Source of the DNA: Patescibacteria group bacterium
Lineage (GTDB): Bacteria; Patescibacteriota; Minisyncoccia; Phycocordibacterales; Phycocordibacteraceae
Direction: 5' to 3'
Assembly: GCA_038064695.1 (NCBI GenBank)
Contig: JBBTSO010000005.1
Span: forward strand, 106,070-170,069
Length of the DNA: 64,000 nt
Of the stretch, positions 1 through 7,836 are shown piece by piece. Position 1 is the stretch's first letter. Each line of letters opens with the position of its first letter. The notes under the pieces were generated by a model. The model saw nothing but the letters and a program-made list of their open reading frames with translations. It had not been told where the DNA came from and searched no databases. Both the position numbers and the translations under genes were made by a program.

Positions 1-319
1 GCACGATAGAGAGTTTATCAATAGCGACCACAGTTGAGGTAGTTCCTCCTTGAATAGCGGCAAAATAAAAAATCCATGATAGTGCCCCCGCGACTCCAGA
101 AAGCGCGATAAAAATCCATGCCTTGCTGGTAATAGTTTCAAGTCCAGCAGCAGTCAATTTTCCTAGAACAAGTGACACGCCGAAAAGAAACACCGCCATG
201 ATAATGCCACGCACCGTGGTTGCCATGGTTGAGTCAATGCCGGTGAGCCCAATTTTTCCAAAAATAGCGACTAAGGAGGCGAACAGAGCGGCGAGTGAGG
301 CGTATAAAATAGAAAGCAT
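1..319 (-). CDS. EamA/DMT-family small membrane transporter, N-terminal part (gene continues past window start)
   Basis: Own translation of the minus strand from ATG at 317-319: MLSILYASLAALFASLVAIFGKIGLTGIDSTMATTVRGIIMAVFLFGVSLVLGKLTAAGLETITSKAWIFIALSGVAGALSWIFYFAAIQGGTTSTVVAIDKLS. This is a typical EamA-domain 4-TM N-terminus and stays open to position 1. Absent from the ORF track because it is truncated. Confidence 0.55.
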   Translation of the reverse strand, partial: MLSILYASLAALFASLVAIFGKIGLTGIDSTMATTVRGIIMAVFLFGVSLVLGKLTAAGLETITSKAWIFIALSGVAGALSWIFYFAAIQGGTTSTVVAIDKLSIV

Positions 320-336
320 ATACAATACTATAGCGC

Positions 337-1014
337 ATGAACAGTAACACTCAAGTGCAGATGCCCGAAGTCTGGAAAACACTTCTTGAAGAGGAGTTCC
401 AAAAACCGTACTTTGTATCACTGAGGGATGCCGTTCGCGCTGAATACCTCACCGGTACCGTGTTCCCCCACCCCACGAAACTATTTCGAGCGTTTGAGTT
501 TGTAAAACCAAACGAGGTGCGCGTCGTTATCCTTGGGCAAGACCCTTACCATACGCCGGGAGTTGCTGATGGGCTGGCATTTTCTACACTTTCCCAAAAT
601 AAAATCCCGCCTTCGCTTCAAAATATATTTAAAGAAATAGAGTCAGAATTTAGCTTTCAATGTGAAAAAAATCCTGACCTTTCGCGGTGGGCTACACAGG
701 GCGTACTGCTCTTAAACGCGTCCCTTTCAGTCAAAAGTGGGCTCGCAAACTCACACGCTCCCTACGGGTGGCACACCTTCACTGATGCGGTGATTTCAAA
801 AATTTCTGACACACAAAATGATGTAGTTTTTTTACTATGGGGGTCTTTCGCGAGTAAAAAAAGTATTCTTATTGACTCTGCTAAGCATCTTATTCTCACC
901 TCTCCTCATCCGTCACCTTTTTCTGCCTATAGTGGTTTTTTTGGAAACGGGCATTTTCTTAAAGCAAACGACTACCTAAAAACCCACGATCGTGGGGAAA
1001 TCAACTGGAGATAG
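337..1014 (+). CDS. ung: uracil-DNA glycosylase (family 1 UNG)
   Basis: Catalytic water-activating loop GQDPYH and C-terminal HPSPFS (HPSPLS-type) motif. Length and order match Ung. The true start may be the internal Met (MPEVWKTL) at 361, because the annotated start is only 17 nt from the divergent EamA start. Confidence 0.9.
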   Translation: MNSNTQVQMPEVWKTLLEEEFQKPYFVSLRDAVRAEYLTGTVFPHPTKLFRAFEFVKPNEVRVVILGQDPYHTPGVADGLAFSTLSQNKIPPSLQNIFKEIESEFSFQCEKNPDLSRWATQGVLLLNASLSVKSGLANSHAPYGWHTFTDAVISKISDTQNDVVFLLWGSFASKKSILIDSAKHLILTSPHPSPFSAYSGFFGNGHFLKANDYLKTHDRGEINWR

Positions 1015-1082
1015 GGAGAAGAAATTGACGACTTGGAACCCCTAGCGTACCATCACGAGTATATAAAGTAATTTATTTTTTT

Positions 1083-1376
1083 ATGACAACACTAGGAAGC
1101 AGGGAGGGTATTAATGTCCCTACGGCATTGGCAGCAGCTTTTGTTATGTTTGCAGCGGCAGATTTTCTTGCAGAAAGTGCCTATGCAGCAACAATGGCAT
1201 CGTCTGAATTAAGTGATGCTGAGCGACACTCAATTTTTCAAGAGTGGATGAACAATATGAAAGCAAACTGTCGCTTTCCCTTCTGTTTGGCTCCTTCAAC
1301 GCGAATGATTACTGAAGGGTGGGGGGTGTGCGAAGTACACGCGCAAACGTTTGATAAACTTGCCGGTAGAATTTAG
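1083..1376 (+). CDS. small membrane-anchored protein with C-terminal C-x4-C-x14-C-x2-H motif (member 1 of tandem trio)
   Basis: 97 aa with an N-terminal hydrophobic helix (ALAAAFVMFAAADFL). C-terminus NCRFPFCLAPSTRMITEGWGVCEVH. No recognised family. Confidence 0.45.
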   Translation: MTTLGSREGINVPTALAAAFVMFAAADFLAESAYAATMASSELSDAERHSIFQEWMNNMKANCRFPFCLAPSTRMITEGWGVCEVHAQTFDKLAGRI

Positions 1377-1410
1377 TTGTTTACAGTGGGAGGTTAGATT
1401 TTGAATTTTT

Positions 1411-1656
1411 ATGACCGTTGCCGATGCGACATATTATCCTCGTGAGAGTAGGAATGTTGAAGCAGCTCTCATCGTGTTGAGTGTAGTAACGGCAGTAGTT
1501 GCCGTCGTATGGTACGTGAACGAAACAGGGAGAGGTGACGAGCCGGTGTACCACTGCGCGCGTGAAGAATGCCCCAACGCCGGAGTGTTCTTAAGCAAAG
1601 GACGCCCCTATTGTTTTTTTCACTACCTCTCTTCTCGCGCGGCAAACGATAATTGA
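1411..1656 (+). CDS. small membrane-anchored protein with C-terminal C-x4-C-x13-C-x2-H motif (member 2)
   Basis: 81 aa with TM helix ALIVLSVVTAVVAVVWYV, then YHCAREECPNAGVFLSKGRPYCFFHY. Confidence 0.45.
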   Translation: MTVADATYYPRESRNVEAALIVLSVVTAVVAVVWYVNETGRGDEPVYHCAREECPNAGVFLSKGRPYCFFHYLSSRAANDN

Positions 1657-1687
1657 CTTTTACAATAGTTAACGTAAGTTAAAGCAT

Positions 1688-2017
1688 ATGTCTTTATTAC
1701 GCGGTGAGGCAAATGCTCTTACGATGGGACGACATAGAGTCGATAATGGTCCTTTAATCACCGTATTCGGCTCAATAGCAGCTGTAGCTCTTGCTGCATT
1801 GACTGTGTACGCCAAAGGGTCTTTTGACGATCCTGTTGAAGGTATGCGTGATTCAAACTTTAACACCACCACACCCTTCGCTGAGAATAATCAGATAAAA
1901 CCAGAGGACCCGTGTCCAGGTACAGGCATATTCCCTTGCGGTAAACCAACCTACGCTGGTTTGGATTACTGTTTAGAGTGTTATGAAAAAATTGCAGCGG
2001 ATATGAGCGGAGACTAA
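1688..2017 (+). CDS. small membrane-anchored protein with C-terminal C-x7-C-x10-C-x2-C motif (member 3)
   Basis: 109 aa with TM helix ITVFGSIAAVALAALTVYA, then CPGTGIFPCGKPTYAGLDYCLECY. Confidence 0.45.
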   Translation: MSLLRGEANALTMGRHRVDNGPLITVFGSIAAVALAALTVYAKGSFDDPVEGMRDSNFNTTTPFAENNQIKPEDPCPGTGIFPCGKPTYAGLDYCLECYEKIAADMSGD

Positions 2018-2298
2018 ATATGTACTCCTTCAGCCTTCAAGAGTTTTTCCTTTTCCCCTCGTAAACCGTTGTAACCACCAAGACCATTTTTTGCGACTAC
2101 GCGGTGACACGGGACATTGGTGTCGCGATTTGAGCGCATAATAGCTCCTACGGCACGAGCGGCGCGAGGATGCCCCGCGAGAGTAGCTACTTCTCCGTAC
2201 GTGAGTGTTTTCCCTTTTGGAATTTTTTTAACTTCCGCGATAACGCGTTTAGAAAAATCAAAACGATCTTTAATTGAAGAGAGTTTCTGTGTGTGCAT
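2014..2298 (-). CDS. methylated-DNA--protein-cysteine methyltransferase (MGMT/Ogt) DNA-binding/active-site domain protein
   Basis: PCHRVV active-site motif and GHPRAARAVGAIMRSNRD...GGY signature of the Ogt C-terminal domain. There is no N-terminal Ada/Ogt domain. The ORF is open up to 2430 with a Lys/Arg-rich extension, but that would overlap the upstream nuclease by 161 nt, so the internal Met at 2298 was chosen. Confidence 0.7.
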   Translation of the reverse strand: MHTQKLSSIKDRFDFSKRVIAEVKKIPKGKTLTYGEVATLAGHPRAARAVGAIMRSNRDTNVPCHRVVAKNGLGGYNGLRGEKEKLLKAEGVHI

Positions 2299-3127
2299 CT
2301 TTTTTCTTTTTAGTACTGCTAACAACCTTTTTTGACACTGTTTCTTTTTTCTGACTGCCCGCGTGCAATTCTTTAAAGGCTTTACCCGCAGCTTCTCGAT
2401 ACAGACAATGTTCACACGGCTTTCCTCCAAAGGAGGTTCCTACGGGAGGTATGGTATCAGATGAAAGAACTTCCTTCATTTCCATAAGTAATGGTTCAAC
2501 CCACGAGTCATCTCCTGTATATGCAATGAGGTTAATATCAAAGTCTAACTTTGCGTCAAAAGCATTGATTGAATCGTCCTGGCGTGCGTTTGCGTACACA
2601 AAGTATCCAACCGGTGAGACCTTAAACCCATTTTGCTTAAAGAGCCACTGGTACACTTCCATTTGTTTCTTATACGAGTCATAGAGGTGATCTACACTGT
2701 TCGGGCCTTCTGCTTTTGATGTTGCTTTGTAATCAACAATGAGTAACTCCCCATTAGGACGTACCCACACATCGTCAATGCCTCCTCGCACATAAAAACC
2801 AGAGGGAGTGTGGTGAGTCCCGATACCTCTGCGTAGCGCGTCTCGCCACTCGTCCATTCGTTCGTCTTTAAACGGTACCGCTTCAACCCCGTACTGGCGT
2901 AGAATGGGGTGCACGGTCCCCGCTTCACGGTGAATATCAAATTCTCTCTTAAATAGTTCGTCAACCGCGTTGTTGAGCGTGAACGACGGCATAGAGGGAC
3001 GTGACACCCCGAGGCGAAGGTCTAAGTACGAGCAACGCTGACACTCTGAAAACACATCAACCTTCGTTCGGCTGATTTTGAATGGCTCGCTACTTCCCGC
3101 ATCATATACTTTTCTTTTATACGCCAT
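2270..3127 (-). CDS. PD-(D/E)xK nuclease, Cas4/RecB-like (DUF83-type) with putative Cys4 cluster
   Basis: RecB motif II LLIVDYKATSK and Q-motif QMEVYQW. N-terminal CQRC plus C-terminal CEHC give four Cys as in Cas4 Fe-S nucleases. Lys-rich C-terminal tail. No CRISPR array or other cas genes nearby. Confidence 0.7.
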   Translation of the reverse strand: MAYKRKVYDAGSSEPFKISRTKVDVFSECQRCSYLDLRLGVSRPSMPSFTLNNAVDELFKREFDIHREAGTVHPILRQYGVEAVPFKDERMDEWRDALRRGIGTHHTPSGFYVRGGIDDVWVRPNGELLIVDYKATSKAEGPNSVDHLYDSYKKQMEVYQWLFKQNGFKVSPVGYFVYANARQDDSINAFDAKLDFDINLIAYTGDDSWVEPLLMEMKEVLSSDTIPPVGTSFGGKPCEHCLYREAAGKAFKELHAGSQKKETVSKKVVSSTKKKKDAHTETLFN

Positions 3128-3133
3128 AGAGAG

Positions 3134-3961
3134 TTATGCTCCACATAATTGCACACTTTCCTTCACAATGTCTTGGTGTTTTCTGCGAGGAATACCTGCG
3201 CGCACCAAAACCTCAGGGTTTGATGAAATATCTCTACAGAGTGTTACTTGATTTGCCAACAGCTGCGACTCCTCTTTTTTGCTAATAGAGGTCAGAACAG
3301 TAATTGGGTAAAGTCCTGTTTCCTCAACAAGCGTGGCAAGGTTTTGGTCTTGTGGGTAATTCCACCCCATGAGAGTGATGCCGGCACACGTTGCGTATTC
3401 AATGGCATGGCTAGTAAATTTTGTATTGGTTACAAGCCATGCACTACTGGTGGGAGAAGGTACGCCTCGGTCTTTTGCGCCATACTCAATGTCCCAAAAA
3501 CGCGCGCGGACATAGAGCGCGGTTTTGAGATCAGTTTTAAAACCGGGAACGTTGTGAAATTTTAACTCCGCGCCGATGGTTTCATTGCCTTTTCTTAAAA
3601 CGACATCTACTTCGTGCGACGTACACCGTCCAGGAATAATTTGACGAACCTGAGCATCGTACCCACGAGCACGCATTAGTTCGCAGAAGTAATCTTCAAA
3701 AGGAAATCCCGTGGGTCCCATTTCCAAAATGGCGCGACGCATGGAATAGCGAGCTGCGAGTGTTCGTTCTTCTTTTTTTAATTCTAAAAACGCCGAACGG
3801 TAAATTTCACCGGTGGTCATGCCGTCTTTTATTTTTTGTGACACACGTGCAGCGGTGCGTGCCACGACTTCACGAGGTGCCCCAGAGCGCGCGAGTGACG
3901 TTTCCAACTTCTGAACGTCAAACGTCTCACGGGTACCGTCACCTTTTATAATGATGCTCAT
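3134..3961 (-). CDS. ATP-cone domain fused to Mrr-like (type IV restriction endonuclease-fold) PD-(D/E)xK nuclease domain
   Basis: N-terminus IIKGDGTRETFDVQKLETSLARSG...RSAFLEL is an ATP-cone of the kind found in NrdR and RNR. The C-terminal half FEDYFCELMRARGYDAQV...SHEVDVVLRKGNETIGAELKF has the Mrr_cat D...(D/E)xK arrangement. No zinc ribbon, so this is not NrdR. Confidence 0.7.
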   Translation of the reverse strand: MSIIIKGDGTRETFDVQKLETSLARSGAPREVVARTAARVSQKIKDGMTTGEIYRSAFLELKKEERTLAARYSMRRAILEMGPTGFPFEDYFCELMRARGYDAQVRQIIPGRCTSHEVDVVLRKGNETIGAELKFHNVPGFKTDLKTALYVRARFWDIEYGAKDRGVPSPTSSAWLVTNTKFTSHAIEYATCAGITLMGWNYPQDQNLATLVEETGLYPITVLTSISKKEESQLLANQVTLCRDISSNPEVLVRAGIPRRKHQDIVKESVQLCGA

Positions 3962-3975
3962 TCAGACAGTATAAA

Positions 3976-5136
3976 CTAGACCAAAACACCACCTCCCACG
4001 CACTCATCTGTTTCGGGATTATACAAAACGATACTCTGTCCCGGTGCCACTTGTACTGGTTTTTTAAAGCGAAGTTCCGTGCCGTGCACTGAAACAGGAA
4101 TACGTTCTCCGTGGTAACGAATCTGTGCTTCAAGCAAGGAGGACTGCACATCGCTTCTAATCCAATGCATTTCTTTTACATTGCCAACCGCGCTCAAACC
4201 ATATTCTTCAACATAGGGCGAAAGAATTAATTCATTTGCATCAATATTTTTTTTAACGACGTATAATTTCTCGCCAGATCCTAAAGGAAATCGCTCTCCG
4301 AGTGTGTAAAATTGAACGCCATCATGCGTTCCGATCACCTCACCTTCGGTATTTTTTAGGTGTCCTGGCACAACCGGAATGTAGTGCTGGAGAAATTCAC
4401 GCATATCAACATGGCCTAAAAAACAAAGCCCCTGCGAATCGCGCTTTGTTGCGTTTGGAAGCCCTGCCTCATTTGCAATGCGACGCACTTCTGTTTTTGG
4501 TAACTCCCCTACGGGAAACAACGTGTGCGAAAGGTCGTCTTGAGTTAGTGTCCATAAAAAATAACTTTGATCTTTAGCCTCATCCACTCCACGCAATAAT
4601 TTGTAATCTTTGTTCCTCGCATAAGCAGAGCTTGCGTCCAGCGTTCGCTCGGACGTAATGACACTTGCGTTACTACGTCCCTCACTCACTCGGGCGTAAG
4701 CGGAGCTTTCGCTCGGCGTTCGTTCGTACGTATCAGTGCGGACACTGTCACGTACTTCTCTCACTTGAGCGTAGTGTCCCGTGGCAATAAAATCAGCGCC
4801 TTCTTTTTTTGCCTGTTCCCAAAATGCGCCGAATTTTATTTCTCGGTTACACGCAACATCTGGGTTAGGCGTCCGTCCAGAACGATACTCTTCAATAAAA
4901 TAGTCTACGACGCTCTTTTTGTACTCTTCTTCAAAGTCATAAGAAAGAAATGGGATTTCCAAATGCGCCGCGACACGCATTGCGTCCAGTCGATCTTGCC
5001 CTGAGGTACAGGGTAAAAAGTCCGGCTCCCATACCTTTAAAAACACCCCCACGACGCGGTACCCCTGTTTCTTTAAGAGGTACGCTGAAACAGCAGAATC
5101 CACCCCACCGGAGAGGCCTACAAAAACAGTTTTCAT
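3976..5136 (-). CDS. mnmA: tRNA-specific 2-thiouridylase MnmA, carrying an approx. 45-aa in-frame repeat-derived insertion
   Basis: PP-loop VGLSGGVDSAV, ATGHYA, DQSYFL and CFLG motifs. The ORF is open to 5334, but homology starts at MKTVFVGLSGG (ATG 5134-5136). The inserted segment VREVRDSVRTDTYERTPSESSAYARVSEGRSNASVITSERTLDASSAYAR is absent from typical MnmA. Confidence 0.9.
   Translation of the reverse strand: MKTVFVGLSGGVDSAVSAYLLKKQGYRVVGVFLKVWEPDFLPCTSGQDRLDAMRVAAHLEIPFLSYDFEEEYKKSVVDYFIEEYRSGRTPNPDVACNREIKFGAFWEQAKKEGADFIATGHYAQVREVRDSVRTDTYERTPSESSAYARVSEGRSNASVITSERTLDASSAYARNKDYKLLRGVDEAKDQSYFLWTLTQDDLSHTLFPVGELPKTEVRRIANEAGLPNATKRDSQGLCFLGHVDMREFLQHYIPVVPGHLKNTEGEVIGTHDGVQFYTLGERFPLGSGEKLYVVKKNIDANELILSPYVEEYGLSAVGNVKEMHWIRSDVQSSLLEAQIRYHGERIPVSVHGTELRFKKPVQVAPGQSIVLYNPETDECVGGGVLV
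4620..4745. repeat. imperfect tandem approx. 40-nt repeat with CCGAGCGA core inside the mnmA coding region (in frame)
   Basis: Two related units were read directly (gcataagcagagctt...cgttcgctcggacg and gcgtaagcggagctt...tcgctcggcgttcg). They encode the duplicated SSAYAR peptide. The core matches the intergenic repeat at 11.5 kb and the uvrB insertion. Confidence 0.6.
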
Positions 5137-5200
5137 CAGCTCAGTGTAACAAAAAAGCACCGAGGATATATCTCGATGCTTTTTGAACAAAGAAAGAAGG

Positions 5201-5452
5201 TTATCTTCGAAACATTCCTCGAAAGCCTCTTCTAGCTGTATAGAGTCCAAAACCGGCTGCACCACCAAAAAAACCGAGCATACCAGTTTTCTCTGGCCAA
5301 GAAATTGAAGAAAATTGCTGGTAATAAGAATCATTTTCTCCGATTAGATGAAAGAAATCTTTTTCTCCATCCAACGCATCAATGAGGGTAAAAAATTCAT
5401 CTCCCGCAAGAACTGCAAGAGCAGATCCAAAGAGTAAAAGATCAACTTTCAT
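5201..5452 (-). CDS. small secreted/membrane Gly-rich hypothetical protein
   Basis: 83 aa with signal-like N-terminus MKVDLLLFGSALAVLAG. It is only plausible if mnmA starts at 5136; otherwise it overlaps the mnmA extension. Confidence 0.3.
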   Translation of the reverse strand: MKVDLLLFGSALAVLAGDEFFTLIDALDGEKDFFHLIGENDSYYQQFSSISWPEKTGMLGFFGGAAGFGLYTARRGFRGMFRR

Positions 5453-5549
5453 ATAGTGTATTAATTATTTGTATTTGTGACGAGTATGCAGGAAATAAAT
5501 AAAATGTTTTGTTCCCTGCCTTGCATTATATACTATACTATATAATTTG

Positions 5550-6527
5550 TCAATTTTTTAAAAATCGTCTATTTTCCACATGCTCATCAAGAGTGCGCCC
5601 ATAGTGCATTTCCCCGTCAAAACCTGTTAGATAGTAGAAATAGGGTGTTTCCACAGGGTTCACCGCGGCTTTGAGCGACTCAAGCCCTGGGTTGGCAATA
5701 GGCCCTGGAGGGAGTCCCTTATTTTTGTACGTGTTGTATGGCGAGTCGGTAGTAACCAGTTCATCGAACGTTGGGCTAAAGGTATCTATGCCAAAAATGT
5801 ACCCGAACACTGCGTCTACCTGAAGCGGCATACCAATTTTTATGCGCTTCCATAAAATGCCTGAAATAATTTGCCGTGTTTCATACTGACGCGCTTCTTT
5901 TTCTAAAAGAGACGCCATCGTTACCACTTCAGAGAGCGGGACACCGAATGCCACTATATCTTCCTTAAGTACTGTTATTTGTTTTTCAAATTCACTTTCC
6001 ATTGTACTAATGACTGTTTCAGGCAACACGCCATCAGAAAACAAATATGTTTCAGGAAATAGATACCCCTCGTGTTCTTTTGCTTGCGTGATGAATGCCT
6101 GCTCATCAAACGAAAGGAGAGCTTCACTTAGCAGGCGCGCTATATCGCGCACCGTTGAACCTTCAGGAATAGTAACTTTTATTAAGGGAAGTCCAGTTTC
6201 TCCTTTTAGAGTTCGCGTGATGACGTGAAAAACAGAGAGTGGTCGTTCAAAACTATACGCACCGGCACGGATATTATTTTCTCCTCCTACAAGACGTACC
6301 GCATTGGTAAAGAAAAAAGATGAACGGATAACATCTTCTCGCTCAAGAATGGAACCGACTTCACGCACACTTGACCCCCCCGGAATAGTAACAGCCATGT
6401 TTCTAGGAAATGAAAAAGGAGGTATAACGTACAGAATGAAAAAAGTAACCAAACACACTGCCACAACCACTCCGTACGAGTACAGTGGCCTCCCAATAAT
6501 GCGCTGAAAAAGGTCATGAATGATCAT
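5550..6527 (-). CDS. mltG: endolytic murein transglycosylase MltG (YceG family)
   Basis: N-terminal TM helix, YceG-like domain, conserved GLPPGPI motif near the C-terminus, about 325 aa. Confidence 0.85.
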   Translation of the reverse strand: MIIHDLFQRIIGRPLYSYGVVVAVCLVTFFILYVIPPFSFPRNMAVTIPGGSSVREVGSILEREDVIRSSFFFTNAVRLVGGENNIRAGAYSFERPLSVFHVITRTLKGETGLPLIKVTIPEGSTVRDIARLLSEALLSFDEQAFITQAKEHEGYLFPETYLFSDGVLPETVISTMESEFEKQITVLKEDIVAFGVPLSEVVTMASLLEKEARQYETRQIISGILWKRIKIGMPLQVDAVFGYIFGIDTFSPTFDELVTTDSPYNTYKNKGLPPGPIANPGLESLKAAVNPVETPYFYYLTGFDGEMHYGRTLDEHVENRRFLKN

Positions 6528-6536
6528 AGGCAGCCA

Positions 6537-7790
6537 TTACAAGGGAATATTATCAGGTGGTTCTAAGCGCGTGCCGTGCACGCGCGAAAGAGCGCTGGAG
6601 CGCGTTATGTGTGGCAAGTGAAATAACGTAGCAAGTTCAGCAGTGTTCAGTACCGTTACTTTTCCATAGTAAGGCGGGGTGAAGTGCGTGCGGCGGCGAT
6701 AAAGGTTCAATACATATGCTTCATAAAGCCAGGGTATTGCGGCAAAGATATCTGAGAGTGGCCAAGAAATTCGTTCACGTGGATTATAGGCACTGAACCC
6801 ATTTAATTTTGGATCAGAGAATTGGTCAAAGAGCGTGTCCAGTCCCTCTGCGCGTGCCTCATCATACACATCACGGTCTGCCATATAAAGTGCCCTCACG
6901 CCACAGTCAAACGAGGGGCGTTTCAACGCGTCTTCAATTGCCGCAATAATTTCTTGTTCAGTTTTTGGAAGTTGTCGAGGGTCCCCAACGTCACCAATAA
7001 TTTTTCCAATTTCATGTGTGGCATCAGTGTGCAGACTATCAACTTCACGTTGCCAAAAATGTTTTCGCTCCCTCTGGTGGGGGCGAACGATGAAAGAGAT
7101 GTAGAGATGCTGTTTTTCAGGAAGTGAGATAAGTGAATCCAAGAGCGCGTGAAAGGGGCCACTCTGATCCTTTTCTTTCTCATACGATTCATACGTTTTT
7201 AACGGGTAAGGATCTGGTTTTAAAAGTGTAAACTCGCGCGCCGCAAGTTTCATTGAAACAGGGCTGAATGCTACCTCACGCGCGTAGTCGCGTGGCTCAT
7301 CAATATCAACGTCTTTATATTCGCTTCGCAAACGCAGCTCAAACGCCTGACGATGTGCCTTTGGGATGCGTACAAAAAAACGCACGGTACCGCCCGTTGC
7401 AGCAATCTCAAAGCTCCACGGAAGGCGCACTCTTCCGGCAAGTAATTCCTCTGTTCGTGAAATAGATTCACGGTAGTAGAGCGAGTAAAAAACTATCTCC
7501 ATAGGATGGGCAGTTTTGGGGGTGTGTTCACCAGGCTTTAACTCCAACATCACGTACGGAACTGAAGCAACGTATTGTGACCGCACATACGTAAGCCAGA
7601 GTGGAATAAACAGTGCAGTAAGGAGGAGCGGAAGCCACAAAGGCGCCAGCGCCCATAGAAAACCAAAAAAACCTGCGACGACGTTAGGAATGAAATACAC
7701 CCCGAGAGGAATAAGTAAAAGGAGTGAGAGCGCTAAAACGCGCAACAATACGCGAACATCCATGGATAAAATATACCATTTAAAAAACAC
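6537..7790 (-). CDS. hypothetical membrane-anchored protein (2 N-terminal TM helices plus approx. 330-aa soluble domain)
   Basis: 417 aa with no Walker or other recognised motifs. Translationally coupled after mltG (10-nt gap). Confidence 0.5.
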   Translation of the reverse strand: MFFKWYILSMDVRVLLRVLALSLLLLIPLGVYFIPNVVAGFFGFLWALAPLWLPLLLTALFIPLWLTYVRSQYVASVPYVMLELKPGEHTPKTAHPMEIVFYSLYYRESISRTEELLAGRVRLPWSFEIAATGGTVRFFVRIPKAHRQAFELRLRSEYKDVDIDEPRDYAREVAFSPVSMKLAAREFTLLKPDPYPLKTYESYEKEKDQSGPFHALLDSLISLPEKQHLYISFIVRPHQRERKHFWQREVDSLHTDATHEIGKIIGDVGDPRQLPKTEQEIIAAIEDALKRPSFDCGVRALYMADRDVYDEARAEGLDTLFDQFSDPKLNGFSAYNPRERISWPLSDIFAAIPWLYEAYVLNLYRRRTHFTPPYYGKVTVLNTAELATLFHLPHITRSSALSRVHGTRLEPPDNIPL

Positions 7791-7836
7791 CTCCCCACTT
7801 TTGGGAAGGTGTTTTTTGGTACGATTTCAGTGTCTT

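Noticed and set aside
2014-2430. Full-length 138-aa MGMT ORF and 452-aa mnmA ORF (to 5334)
   Set aside because: The N-terminal extensions would overlap upstream genes by 161 and about 130 nt, and homology starts at internal Mets. Shorter starts were preferred, with the Lys-rich extension kept as a noted possibility.
2270-3127. Possible CRISPR-Cas locus because of the Cas4-like nuclease
   Set aside because: No direct-repeat/spacer array and no cas1/cas2 or effector genes anywhere in the 64 kb. Treated as an orphan PD-(D/E)xK nuclease.
3134-3961. ATP-cone protein as NrdR
   Set aside because: No N-terminal zinc ribbon. The C-terminal half is a nuclease-fold domain. Not adjacent to nrdAB.
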